Notes: generated from the sequence alone by a model not told the origin. Positions 20,381 through 30,193 are shown, counted from the first letter of the stretch. The stretch is DNA of 64,000 bases from an uncultured Marinoscillum sp. (GCA_964553685.1 CAZKLB010000001.1:6717-70716); one strand, 5' to 3'. Made by a program: numbers and translations.

Positions 20381-20918
20381 GTATTTGATTTTAATTTTAA
20401 TTTTAGTTGGTTGTGTTAAAGAGGAGCGTTCCTTTTATGATTACGATATTGAAGAAAGAATTAAAAACCTTAATGTTAATCTCCCAGAGCCAGGAGAGCC
20501 AGTTGCGAATTATGTACCAACGGTCCGTTTTTCTGAAGGAAGCTCAAGTTACTTAGTTTATGTTTCTGGAACAGGACCAAGGTTAGAAAATGGTGGTTAT
20601 GTTTCTGGTAGACTTGGAAAAGACATGACAATTGAAGAGGGGTATGAAGCGGCTAAACTGGTCGGCATCAATATATTAGCCTCTCTAAAAAAAGAAATTG
20701 GTGATCTTAACAAAGTAAAACGTTTTGTTAAGGTGATTGGAATGGTAAACTCAACACCTGATTTTTATCAACAACCCGCCGTTATTAATGGGTTTTCTGA
20801 TTTTATTGTTGATGTTTTTGGAGAAAGAGGAAAACACGCGAGGTCTGCTGTTGGAATGGTTTCTTTACCTAGTAATATTCCTGTAGAGGTAGAGGTTGTT
20901 GTGGAGGTAATTAAGTGA
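20367..20918 (+). CDS. RidA/YjgF family protein with an N-terminal lipoprotein signal
   Basis: 183 aa. Lipobox LILVGC. The Rid-fold body follows (LPEPGEPVANYVP...VSGTGP...HARSAVGMVSLP...VEVEVVVEV). There is no in-frame ATG/GTG/TTG between the leader and the Rid domain. Confidence 0.8.
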   Translation: MEKLKYLILILILVGCVKEERSFYDYDIEERIKNLNVNLPEPGEPVANYVPTVRFSEGSSSYLVYVSGTGPRLENGGYVSGRLGKDMTIEEGYEAAKLVGINILASLKKEIGDLNKVKRFVKVIGMVNSTPDFYQQPAVINGFSDFIVDVFGERGKHARSAVGMVSLPSNIPVEVEVVVEVIK

Positions 20919-22086
20919 GGTTTTCAAAAACACCACAAACACCTTGACCGCCACCAACACAAGCTGTTACTATTCCGTGTTTCTGGTTTCTTCTTTTCAT
21001 TTCGTTTATAAGTTGAATAGATAATTTTGCTCCAGTCATTCCTAACGGATGACCCAAAGCTACAGCACCACCATTAACATTTACTATTTCTTGATTTAAT
21101 TCTAAAGCTTTTATTACAGATAACGCTTGTGCTGCAAAAGCCTCATTTAATTCCACTTGATCAATTTGATTAATATTCAACCCTGCGATTTTTAATGCTT
21201 TTGGAACAGCCTCAGCTGGTCCAATTCCCATGATACTGGGTTCTACACCAGCTGTTGCGTAGGAAACCATCCTTGCAATGGGTTTAACATCTAATCTTTT
21301 AACCATATCCTCAGACATAACAACAACAAAAGCTGCTCCGTCAGACATTTGGGAAGAATTACCAGCGGTAACCTGACCACCTACTTTAAAAGCTGGTCTA
21401 AGTTTAGATAAAACCTCCATGCTTGTATCCTTTCTTGGACCCTCATCTTGTGAAACTGTCCATTTTTTTGTTTTTCTTTTGCCGTTTTCTAAATACACCT
21501 GTTCGACATCATAAGGAAGTATTTCTTTTTTAAATATATTGTCTTCAATTGCTTTGGTAGCTTTCATGTGTGAGTTGAAAGAAAAAAGATCAGAGTCTTC
21601 TCTTTTAATATCATATTTTTTTGCAAGTTTTTCAGCTGTCAAGCCCATATTTAAATAATAGTCTGGATTATTAACCGATATGTTATAATTAAGAGCGGAT
21701 TTATAGCCGGTCATAGGAACCATACTCATTGATTCTGTTCCACCAGCTATTACACACTCTGCAGATCCTGCGTTTATTTTAGCACAAGCAAGATGTATAG
21801 CCTCTAATCCAGAACCACAATACCTGTTGATTACAAGACCAGGAACCTCTTTTGGGAGAGAAAGCAAAGATATATATCTTGCCATTTGCATACCTTGTTC
21901 AGCTTCTGGAACAGCGTTACCAACAATGAGGTCATCTACCATTATTCCCTCTAAACCTTTTGTTTTTTTTACGAGCGATTTAATAACATTAGCCGCTAAG
22001 TCATCTGGTCTCACAAATCTAAAACCTCCCTTTTTTGCTTTTCCAACGGCGGTACGTAATCCAGAAACAATATAAGCTGATTTCAT
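20911..22086 (-). CDS. acetyl-CoA C-acyltransferase (thiolase)
   Basis: 391 aa. Active-site blocks NRYCGSGLEA, NGGAVALGHPLGMTGA and CVGGGQG. Confidence 0.95.
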   Translation of the reverse strand: MKSAYIVSGLRTAVGKAKKGGFRFVRPDDLAANVIKSLVKKTKGLEGIMVDDLIVGNAVPEAEQGMQMARYISLLSLPKEVPGLVINRYCGSGLEAIHLACAKINAGSAECVIAGGTESMSMVPMTGYKSALNYNISVNNPDYYLNMGLTAEKLAKKYDIKREDSDLFSFNSHMKATKAIEDNIFKKEILPYDVEQVYLENGKRKTKKWTVSQDEGPRKDTSMEVLSKLRPAFKVGGQVTAGNSSQMSDGAAFVVVMSEDMVKRLDVKPIARMVSYATAGVEPSIMGIGPAEAVPKALKIAGLNINQIDQVELNEAFAAQALSVIKALELNQEIVNVNGGAVALGHPLGMTGAKLSIQLINEMKRRNQKHGIVTACVGGGQGVCGVFENLT

Positions 22087-22090
22087 AATT

Positions 22091-24511
22091 CTAATTTCTT
22101 AATGGTTTTCTTTTAAATAAAATTGAATGCATTCTCTCAATTGTTTTTTGTTCTCCACACAAACTTATCATAGCTTCCCTTTCAAGATCTAACAAATACT
22201 GTTCATTAACAAGGGTTTCTTGGGTTAAGTCTCCACCACACATAATATGAGCTAATTTTTTTGCAATAAACTGATCGTACTCGGTAATGTAACCGCCTTC
22301 TTTCATGGTTTCTATACCAGCATTAAACATTGCTATTGCAGACCTTCCATGAACCTTTATGTTTTCAACTGGACTCGGTTGTACATAACCACTTGAGACT
22401 AAACTTAAAGCTCTTTCTTTGGCGTCTTTTAACAAAAGGTTTCTGTTTGATGTAGTTGCATCAGATGTTTTTATAAACCCTAATTTTATACCTTCTTCTG
22501 CTGAGGTGGATACTTTTGCCGAGGCAATGTTCATAAACCAAGCCATCAGTTTGTTAAATTCGGGGTCTCCTTTTTTATAGCTTTCTGATAATCTTAATAC
22601 AGCTTCTTTTGTTCCTCCTCCAGCTGGAACCAAACCTGCACCTAACTCTACCAAACCAATGTAAGTCTCATTATGTGCTTGTATTGCATCTGCGTGGAAG
22701 CTAAGTTCACATCCGCCACCTAATGTTAATCCAGATGTAGCTACAACCACAGGAACGGAAGAATACCTAGCTCTCATAGTTGTGTTTTGAAAATAACTTA
22801 CACCTTTATCTATTTTTTTAAAATCCCTATTACCCGCCATCATAAACAACTCCCCAAGATTAGCTCCTGCAGAAAAATAATCAGCCTCATTACCAATAAC
22901 CAACCCATCAAATCTTTTTTCACAAATACTGATAGATTCATTAATTCCATCTAAAACCTCTTTACCCATGGTATTCATTTTAGTGTGAAATTCTAAATTT
23001 AAAATTCCATCTCCAATATCGTATAATGTGGTCCCTTCATTTTCCCAAACCACATTATTCTCTTTAAAACCGTCTAATATTATTAGACCGCTGGAACCGG
23101 GGACCTCACAGTATTCTTTTGTGTTGATATCATAATACTCTTTAGTGTTGTTTTTGTATCTATAAAAATTATTGAACCCTTTAGTTATCATTTCATATAC
23201 CCAATCTGCTGGTTTTAGGTTAAGGCTTTCCATAACTGAAACCGTGTCTTTTATACCTAAGATATCCCAGGTTTGAAAAGGACCAAGTTTCCATCCAAAA
23301 CCAGAACAAATTGCATCGTCAATCTTATAAAGATCGTCGCTTACTTCTGGTATTCTTAGAGAACAGTATCTAAAAGAATCACAAAAGGTAGATCTATAAA
23401 AATCGCCATATTTACCTTCCATATTAAAAAGGTGTTTTAATCTACCTTTTAAATCGTCTATCTTTTTTGCGTCTTTTATAGAATCTTCTATTATATTTTT
23501 TGGTTCTTGATAAGCTAACGTTTTAAAGTTTATTTCCATAAACCTTTTTTTTCCTTTTTGATCAATCTCTTTTTTATAAAAACCTTTCTTTGTTTTGTCT
23601 CCCCATAGTTTTTTTTCATATAAGTCTTTAACTAAACTCGGTAGTTTAAAAGTTTCTTTAGATTCATCGTTTTCTAAATCTTTTAGTAGGTTGTTTGAAA
23701 CATTAACAGCGGTGTCTAACCCAACAACGTCCATTGTTCTGAAGGTCGCTGATTTTTGCCTTCCAATAATTGTTCCTGTTAGGGTGTCAACTTCAGAAAC
23801 ACTTAAGGAATACTTTTCAACAGAATGAATTGTTGACATTAATGAATATATACCAAGTCTGTTTGCAATGAAAGCTGGTGTATCTTTACACAATACAGTT
23901 TCTTTTCCTAAAACCAAAGATCCAAACTTTAAAAAATAATCGACAATGTGTTTTTTTGTTTCATTACCTGGTATTATCTCTAGCAGACGCAAATATCTTG
24001 GTGGATTAAAAAAGTGAGTACCAAAAAACATTTCTTTAAAGTTTTTGGATCTGCCTTTTGAAATTTGGTTGATAGGAATACCTGAAGTGTTAGTTGTAAT
24101 TATAGTGTCTTTTTTTCTGTGTTTTTCTATTAAATCATAAACCTCATTTTTAATTTTTAAATTTTCTACAACAACTTCTATTATCCAATCAACTTTAGTA
24201 ACAAGCTTTATGTCTTCATCAATATTTCCTGTAGTTATTTTTAAATATTTTTCTTTGTTAAATAAAGGGGATGGTTTGGAGTTTACAGCGGTCAATAAAG
24301 ATTCATTTACAATTCTATTTTTAACTTCTTTATCAGTAAGTTTTTTATTGTTTTTTAATTCTTTCTCGTTTAATTCTTTTGGTGATATATCTAGTAATAT
24401 TACCTCGAAACCAACATTAACTAAATGACAAGCTATTCTTGAACCCATTATACCAGAGCCAATAACTGCTATTTTTTTTATTTGAATTTTTTCGATCATA
24501 TAATTAAGCAA
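22091..24511 (-). CDS. bifunctional 3-hydroxyacyl-CoA dehydrogenase (N-terminal) / enoyl-CoA hydratase (C-terminal)
   Basis: 806 aa. N-terminal Rossmann IAVIGSGIMGSRIA, 3HCDH core, and a C-terminal crotonase fold (ADYFSAGANLGE...GLTLGGGCEL). The domain order is like Bacillus FadN. It sits 4 nt upstream of the thiolase. Confidence 0.9.
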   Translation of the reverse strand: MLNYMIEKIQIKKIAVIGSGIMGSRIACHLVNVGFEVILLDISPKELNEKELKNNKKLTDKEVKNRIVNESLLTAVNSKPSPLFNKEKYLKITTGNIDEDIKLVTKVDWIIEVVVENLKIKNEVYDLIEKHRKKDTIITTNTSGIPINQISKGRSKNFKEMFFGTHFFNPPRYLRLLEIIPGNETKKHIVDYFLKFGSLVLGKETVLCKDTPAFIANRLGIYSLMSTIHSVEKYSLSVSEVDTLTGTIIGRQKSATFRTMDVVGLDTAVNVSNNLLKDLENDESKETFKLPSLVKDLYEKKLWGDKTKKGFYKKEIDQKGKKRFMEINFKTLAYQEPKNIIEDSIKDAKKIDDLKGRLKHLFNMEGKYGDFYRSTFCDSFRYCSLRIPEVSDDLYKIDDAICSGFGWKLGPFQTWDILGIKDTVSVMESLNLKPADWVYEMITKGFNNFYRYKNNTKEYYDINTKEYCEVPGSSGLIILDGFKENNVVWENEGTTLYDIGDGILNLEFHTKMNTMGKEVLDGINESISICEKRFDGLVIGNEADYFSAGANLGELFMMAGNRDFKKIDKGVSYFQNTTMRARYSSVPVVVATSGLTLGGGCELSFHADAIQAHNETYIGLVELGAGLVPAGGGTKEAVLRLSESYKKGDPEFNKLMAWFMNIASAKVSTSAEEGIKLGFIKTSDATTSNRNLLLKDAKERALSLVSSGYVQPSPVENIKVHGRSAIAMFNAGIETMKEGGYITEYDQFIAKKLAHIMCGGDLTQETLVNEQYLLDLEREAMISLCGEQKTIERMHSILFKRKPLRN

Positions 24512-24795
24512 GAATATAAAATGTGAGACAATTTTTCTTACAAATCTTAAATATATTTTTCAACAACATAACATATATATATAATTATTTAATTCATGAA
24601 TTTTAAATTATTAATAACTAATATGTTTATATGTTAATAAAAAATATAAAGAAAATATAAACAATGTATTAATAAAGAAACAACTGATTTACAACATGTT
24701 ATAAGATATGTTTATATCCTTTAAAAATATATGTGTAAAAATTAATGTTGATATTTTATTGATCTTTAATCTTATCAAAAATTAAATGTTGTAAA

Positions 24796-26520
24796 TTATT
24801 TTTCTAACATTTTATCCACTTCTAAATCAACATCAAAAACAAGACTTTCAATTAGCCAATTCGATCTTACTTCTAGTTCATCATTATAATATATTATATT
24901 TTCTATATTCTTTTTTGACTTAACACTATAATAATCCCATTTGTTATTTCTATTTACATCTTCAACTACTCTTAAAAAATATTTACCTGGATAAACCTTT
25001 TTGAAATTGAATGATAAATTATTAGAACTGTTTTTATATTTTTTTCTAAAATCAGTTGAAATTAATTCAATAATATAATTTTTGTCTATTAATGATTTTA
25101 CTTCACCTTGAACACCGCCATAAAAGTCGTCACCTCGAACATAAAACGTTTTATTAATATTATCAACAGTATCCCCCTCAATAGTTATCATTGATCCTTT
25201 TTTTATTTTAAAATTTATTTGACTCCTTTTTATATTTTTTAAATAATTAATGCGTTCTATTTCTATTGAGTCCTCAGCCCAATTAAGACTATCTTTCTCT
25301 ATATCAGCTATAACTTTATCTAAGTATGATATAGCAGAATCTTTTTTTAATTTAATTAATAGGCTTATTTTATTTGAATACGAAGTGTCTATTTTTATAT
25401 TGAATAAACTATCTGGTATTCTTAAAGTGTCAAAACCAAACCAATAATCTATATCTTTTGTTATGAGAGGTTTTGAATATGATATTATCATATTTAATGT
25501 GTCGTCAAGTTCTAACTTTTCATAAGTGCTTATTTTTGCAGTTGTTTTTGTTTTCTTTACTTCGCGATTATCAAACTTAACATAAATACTGTCTAAGGTT
25601 GAATAACCAAAAGCATCATACGCTTCTATAATTGATAATGTCGAATCCAACCCGTAACCTTTACTATATAACCTCAAAATATTGTTATCGTTTAAACTAT
25701 AATAAAATGATTCCTTTCCAAGAAAGTTAATGCTATCTACTTTCTTAGAATAATTAATGTCAAAAACACTACCTTTTGATCTTGACCTTAAAAGAGTAAT
25801 CTCTGATAAATCTTCTGAGTAAATAGGTATTATTAGTTTGTTTTTTGATGAGTCGGTTTTTATATTCTGATGAATAACACCAAACTTTTCAGCTTTATAT
25901 TCAGTTGTAAAGTTTTTGTTTTCATCAACATACGCATAAACCTTATAACTTCCCTTCTTTACATTTTCAATTTTAAAAAATCCCTTTTCATCTGTAAAAG
26001 AGAAGTATAAAGGTTTTTTTGTAAACAAACCAAGGCTATCATCTTTCGGATACAAACAAACTAAAGATTTCTCAGGAATTGAGTTTTCTAAGGGGTCAAA
26101 AACAAAACCACTAATGTACGATGAGTCAATAACAGCACCCGTCGAAAAAATATATTTTAAGTCAACAGCTGGGTTACTTTCCGTAATATCAGTTACCCCA
26201 TCTGCAAAGTTTAGTATGTATGTGGTGTTTGTGTTAAACGCTGTATCGAATGACAGACTGAGTGTGTTTTTTTTATATTTAATTTCTTTTTTTCCTTCAT
26301 AAAACGGTGATATAATAAGGCTTTCGTTAAGTTTTGAGGCGTCAATAGGCTCGGTAAAAATAAAATTAAAATCTTTGCTTTTCTGTTCAACAGACTTGTT
26401 TTTTGGGTATGATGAAATCAAACCAGGCGGTATGGTGTCTTTGTATCCTCCAGTTAAGGGAGTTACCTGTGCACAAGAAAGAAATAAGCCAAGAACTTGT
26501 ATAAAAAGTATAAACCTCAT
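24796..26520 (-). CDS. Ig-like / carboxypeptidase-regulatory-like domain lipoprotein
   Basis: 574 aa. Lipobox FLSC. The N-terminal block TGGYKDTIPPGLISSYP is typical of SbsA/Big-like Bacteroidota lipoproteins. A beta-rich repeat pattern follows. ATGA overlap with the upstream methyltransferase. Confidence 0.55.
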   Translation of the reverse strand: MRFILFIQVLGLFLSCAQVTPLTGGYKDTIPPGLISSYPKNKSVEQKSKDFNFIFTEPIDASKLNESLIISPFYEGKKEIKYKKNTLSLSFDTAFNTNTTYILNFADGVTDITESNPAVDLKYIFSTGAVIDSSYISGFVFDPLENSIPEKSLVCLYPKDDSLGLFTKKPLYFSFTDEKGFFKIENVKKGSYKVYAYVDENKNFTTEYKAEKFGVIHQNIKTDSSKNKLIIPIYSEDLSEITLLRSRSKGSVFDINYSKKVDSINFLGKESFYYSLNDNNILRLYSKGYGLDSTLSIIEAYDAFGYSTLDSIYVKFDNREVKKTKTTAKISTYEKLELDDTLNMIISYSKPLITKDIDYWFGFDTLRIPDSLFNIKIDTSYSNKISLLIKLKKDSAISYLDKVIADIEKDSLNWAEDSIEIERINYLKNIKRSQINFKIKKGSMITIEGDTVDNINKTFYVRGDDFYGGVQGEVKSLIDKNYIIELISTDFRKKYKNSSNNLSFNFKKVYPGKYFLRVVEDVNRNNKWDYYSVKSKKNIENIIYYNDELEVRSNWLIESLVFDVDLEVDKMLEK

Positions 26521-27356
26521 CTTTTAATAATATATATAATACTTGAGTGTTTTTTATTAAAAAAAGCACGTATGTTTGACCACAACCCTATTATTAACCC
26601 CCTAATAAACCAAAATAAATTATTGGAGTTCTTTTCACTCAAAACAGAGACATAAAAAGCATCAAAAAAAAGAGGCTTGGTGAATTCAGTTTTTAACCCA
26701 ATTGACGAAATAAGATTTTTAAAAGATTCTGGATTAAAATGGTATTGGTGCCTAGGGACATCATAACCAGCCCAGGTTTCGCCGTAATAAATGTTATCGT
26801 ATGAATCTTTGTTGGGCAAAGCAACAATAATCCACCCACCTTCATTTAAAACGTCCTTAACAAACTTTAAGACAGAGAGAGGGTCTTTCGTGTGTTCTAA
26901 AACATGCCAAAGCGTAACACAATCATACCTTTTATCTTTAATCTTTTTAATGTTTTGGTAAACCATTTCGCTCTTCACTTTGTTTATAGGCTCAAAACCA
27001 AAAGCGGATATACCCTTATTGTTGCAAAAACGAACAAACTCACCCGAACCCGATCCATAATCTAATAGGTTCTTAATGCCCAGTCTATTTAATATATTTA
27101 ACTTATAACGACTGTTGATTTTTTGAATAAACTTATAAATTAATGAGAATCCACTATTATCTTTTTGGTATGAGTGGTATTTTTCTTTATTGTAATATTT
27201 TTCTAGTTCTTTTTTGCTTAATTCAGGTAGGGTAAAACTCACCAAACAAGTATTACACTCATGGATTTCAAAAAACTCTCCACTAAAAGAAAAATCTTTA
27301 GTTTTTATTCTTTTTATTGTTGTTTTAGATTCACACAGTGGGCATTCAACAACCAT
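26517..27356 (-). CDS. class I SAM-dependent methyltransferase with an N-terminal zinc-ribbon
   Basis: 279 aa. CPLCES...HECNTC, then motif I LLDYGSGSGEF. No DNA-methyltransferase motifs (DPPY, PC-Q) seen. Confidence 0.8.
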   Translation of the reverse strand: MVVECPLCESKTTIKRIKTKDFSFSGEFFEIHECNTCLVSFTLPELSKKELEKYYNKEKYHSYQKDNSGFSLIYKFIQKINSRYKLNILNRLGIKNLLDYGSGSGEFVRFCNNKGISAFGFEPINKVKSEMVYQNIKKIKDKRYDCVTLWHVLEHTKDPLSVLKFVKDVLNEGGWIIVALPNKDSYDNIYYGETWAGYDVPRHQYHFNPESFKNLISSIGLKTEFTKPLFFDAFYVSVLSEKNSNNLFWFIRGLIIGLWSNIRAFFNKKHSSIIYIIKR

Positions 27357-27370
27357 AGTTTAAAATATAT

Positions 27371-29227
27371 TTACTTTTTCATGTAAACCATCAAAACAGA
27401 CACATCAGAGGGGCTAACACCACTAATTCTAGAAGCTTGTCCGATTGATCTAGGCTTAATTTTTGATAGTTTCTCTTTACCTTCCGCAGAAAGTGACTTA
27501 ATCCTTTCATAATCAAAACCCTCAGGTATTACACTATCTTCTAATTTTTTCATTTTTCTTACCGTGTCAATTTCTTTCTTAATATAGCTTTCATATTTTA
27601 TATCAATTTCAACTTGTTCAATCTCCACCCTTTCTTTTGTTTTACACATTCCAGCTACACTTTTATCATTTAAGTTCTCAAAATAAACATTTGGTCTTCT
27701 TAACAACTCTTCTAAACTTTTCTTTTCTTTAATTGGTGCAGACTTTATTTTGTTCAGAGAGTTATTAATCTGTTTTGGGCTTAACTTTGTAATAGAGGCA
27801 TACTTTCTTATTTCGTCAATATTTTTTTTCTTTTTTTCAAGGTTCTCTAATCTTTTTCTTGACGCTAAGCCTAAATTATAACCAATTTCTGTAAGTCTGA
27901 TGTCGGCGTTGTCTTGTCTTAATAATATTCTGTGTTCTGCCCTTGAGGTGAACATTCTGTAAGGCTCTTCTGTTCCTTTGTTTATTAAATCATCTATTAG
28001 AACACCTATGTATGCATCCGACCTACCAAGGACAAACCTCTCTTTATTATTAATTTTGTTATGTGCGTTAATTCCCGCAACAAGCCCTTGACACGCAGCT
28101 TCTTCGTATCCTGTTGTGCCATTAATTTGTCCAGCAAAATAAAGCCCACTTATTGGCTTTGTTTCAAGGGTGTGTTTTAGTTGTGTTGGAGGAAAGTAAT
28201 CATACTCAATAGCATATCCTGGTCTAAACATTTTTACTTTTTCAAAACCCTTAATAGATCTGAGTGCTTTTAGTTGAACATCTTCGGGAAGTGAGGTTGA
28301 AAAACCGTTAACATAAACCTCTACTGTGTTCCAACCCTCCGGTTCAACGAATATTTGGTGCCTTTCTTTTTCAGCAAACCTTGTGATTTTATCCTCAATC
28401 GACGGGCAGTATCTTGGTCCAACAGCCTTTATTCTACCATTGAACATTGGTGAACGTGAAAACCCTTCCTCTAGTAACCCATGAGTTTTTGTGTTTGTGT
28501 ATGTTATGTGACAAGACAATTGTTTTTTTATTTTATTTTTTTCAAGATAAGAAAAACACCCACCATACTGATCTCCAGGCTGCTCCTCCATTACTTTATA
28601 ATTTAAAGACCTACCATCAACCCTCGGAGGTGTTCCCGTTTTCATTCTCCCCGACTCAAAACCAAAATCTTCAAGTTGTTCTGTTATTCCCTTTGAAGCA
28701 CCCTCTCCACTTCTTCCACCACCAAAGTTTTTTTCTCCAACATGAATTAGTCCATTCAAAAAAGTTCCGTTTGTTAAAACAACGGCTTTTGATTTTATTT
28801 CTACACCTAAGGCTGTTTTAACACCAACAACCGAATTACCTTTAACAATAAGCCCAACAACCATTTCTTGCCAAAAATCTATATTTTTAATACCCTCAAG
28901 CATCAGGCGCCACTCTTCTGAAAACATTTGTCTGTCATTTTGTGCTCTTGGTGACCACATAGCTGGTCCTTTAGAAAGGTTTAACATCCTAAATTGAATT
29001 GTGCTTCTGTCAGTTATAATGCCGGTTTGACCACCTAAAGCATCAATCTCTCTCACTATTTGTCCTTTTGCAACACCACCAATTGCTGGATTACATGACA
29101 TTTGGCCGATTGTCCCCATGTTCATGGTTGCTAGCAAAACTCTAGAGCCCATGTTTGCAGCAGCAGCAGCAGCTTCACAGCCTGCGTGACCAGCCCCAAC
29201 AACTATAATATCGTATTTATCAAACAT
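27371..29227 (-). CDS. mnmG: tRNA uridine 5-carboxymethylaminomethyl modification enzyme MnmG
   Basis: 618 aa. FAD motif [16 protein letters not shown]. Conserved GidA blocks run throughout ([27 protein letters not shown]). Confidence 0.97.
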   Translation of the reverse strand: MFDKYDIIVVGAGHAGCEAAAAAANMGSRVLLATMNMGTIGQMSCNPAIGGVAKGQIVREIDALGGQTGIITDRSTIQFRMLNLSKGPAMWSPRAQNDRQMFSEEWRLMLEGIKNIDFWQEMVVGLIVKGNSVVGVKTALGVEIKSKAVVLTNGTFLNGLIHVGEKNFGGGRSGEGASKGITEQLEDFGFESGRMKTGTPPRVDGRSLNYKVMEEQPGDQYGGCFSYLEKNKIKKQLSCHITYTNTKTHGLLEEGFSRSPMFNGRIKAVGPRYCPSIEDKITRFAEKERHQIFVEPEGWNTVEVYVNGFSTSLPEDVQLKALRSIKGFEKVKMFRPGYAIEYDYFPPTQLKHTLETKPISGLYFAGQINGTTGYEEAACQGLVAGINAHNKINNKERFVLGRSDAYIGVLIDDLINKGTEEPYRMFTSRAEHRILLRQDNADIRLTEIGYNLGLASRKRLENLEKKKKNIDEIRKYASITKLSPKQINNSLNKIKSAPIKEKKSLEELLRRPNVYFENLNDKSVAGMCKTKERVEIEQVEIDIKYESYIKKEIDTVRKMKKLEDSVIPEGFDYERIKSLSAEGKEKLSKIKPRSIGQASRISGVSPSDVSVLMVYMKK

Positions 29228-29252
29228 TTTAAGTTTGTTCCACGTGGAACGT

Positions 29253-29681
29253 TTATTTTTTTTTGTACAAAGAAATATATTTATTCTCTAAAGAGTGCAT
29301 TCTTTTTTTCCCTTTTTCTGTTTTATCTGAATATCCAATTAAGTGTAGGCAACCGTGTGTTATAAGTCTAATAACCTCAAGTTCTTTTGTTGTTTTATAC
29401 AATTTAGCGTTTTCTATAGTTCTGTCTATGCTAATATAAAGATCACCCTCTAGTTTGTTTTTCTCTTCTGAAAAATCAAATGTTATTATATCAGTAAAAT
29501 AGTCATGGTTTAGATACTTTTTGTTCATTTTTAACAAATATTCGTCACTACAAAAAATACAATTCATAAACCCAAGGTTTATTTTATGGTCTAAACATAT
29601 GTCTTTAATAAGTTTACGGGTTTTTTGGATGTTTTTTAATTTGTGTGTTTTTTCTTCTGAAAAGAAGTTGGTTAAATACAT
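29253..29681 (-). CDS. ybeY: rRNA maturation endoribonuclease YbeY
   Basis: 142 aa with the zinc motif [11 protein letters not shown]. Confidence 0.9.
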   Translation of the reverse strand: MYLTNFFSEEKTHKLKNIQKTRKLIKDICLDHKINLGFMNCIFCSDEYLLKMNKKYLNHDYFTDIITFDFSEEKNKLEGDLYISIDRTIENAKLYKTTKELEVIRLITHGCLHLIGYSDKTEKGKKRMHSLENKYISLYKKK

Positions 29682-29683
29682 TA

Positions 29684-30073
29684 TTAAAGTTTAAACAACA
29701 TATCAACAACCCTACCACCATCTTTAAACTGTGCTTTGTCTGCCAAGTTTTTGATTAAAAAAATTCCCCTTCCTTTAATCTTATCCACATTTTCTGGGCT
29801 TGTTGGGTCTGGAAGGCTCTCATGATCAAACCCACTACCCTCGTCTTCGACAACAAAACGTATGCTTTTTTTATTTTCTTTAAGTTTTATTTTAACCTTT
29901 TTCTCTTTGTCCTCTTTATTACCGTGTACAATTGCGTTGTTTACAGCTTCGGTCACAGAAACAAGCACATTACCATATACTGATTCCTTAATTTTAATTT
30001 TATCGCCAGCGTTTTCAATAAAACTTTCTACAACCGCTACGTTTTCTTTTATAGATGGTATTTTTACTAACAT
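29684..30073 (-). CDS. RsbW/SpoIIAB-type anti-sigma regulatory factor (HATPase_c Ser/Thr kinase)
   Basis: 129 aa. N-box EAVNNAIVHGN, G1 DEGSGF, G2 GRGIFL. Confidence 0.75.
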   Translation of the reverse strand: MLVKIPSIKENVAVVESFIENAGDKIKIKESVYGNVLVSVTEAVNNAIVHGNKEDKEKKVKIKLKENKKSIRFVVEDEGSGFDHESLPDPTSPENVDKIKGRGIFLIKNLADKAQFKDGGRVVDMLFKL

Positions 30074-30193
30074 TATTGTTATCGTATAAACTTTTTACAG
30101 TAAGTTTTTAAACATTATTTAACTTTTTATATACGAAATTTTAAATATTGGGGTTGTGTGTTTTTTGTTTATAGAACGTTTTGTAAATCACTA

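Noticed and set aside
24512-24795. AT-rich 284-bp gap considered as a CRISPR leader/array, decayed IS end, or small-RNA gene
   Set aside because: There is no repeat-spacer periodicity, no terminal inverted repeats and no stable G/C-containing stems. The only ORFs are 13 codons or fewer. Just the short repeated motif is reported, as a low-interest finding.
26517-27356. Methyltransferase considered as an orphan DNA methyltransferase or restriction-modification remnant (possible defence gene)
   Set aside because: It has only a generic class I SAM motif I (LLDYGSGSG) plus a zinc ribbon. I see no DPPY/NPPY or PC-Q/ENV DNA-methyltransferase motifs, and there is no nuclease or specificity gene nearby. 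It is ATGA-coupled to an envelope lipoprotein.
28447-28821. 124-aa ORF antisense to mnmG
   Set aside because: It is embedded in the conserved core of MnmG. The product is an H/L/F/Q-rich low-complexity string with no start context of its own.
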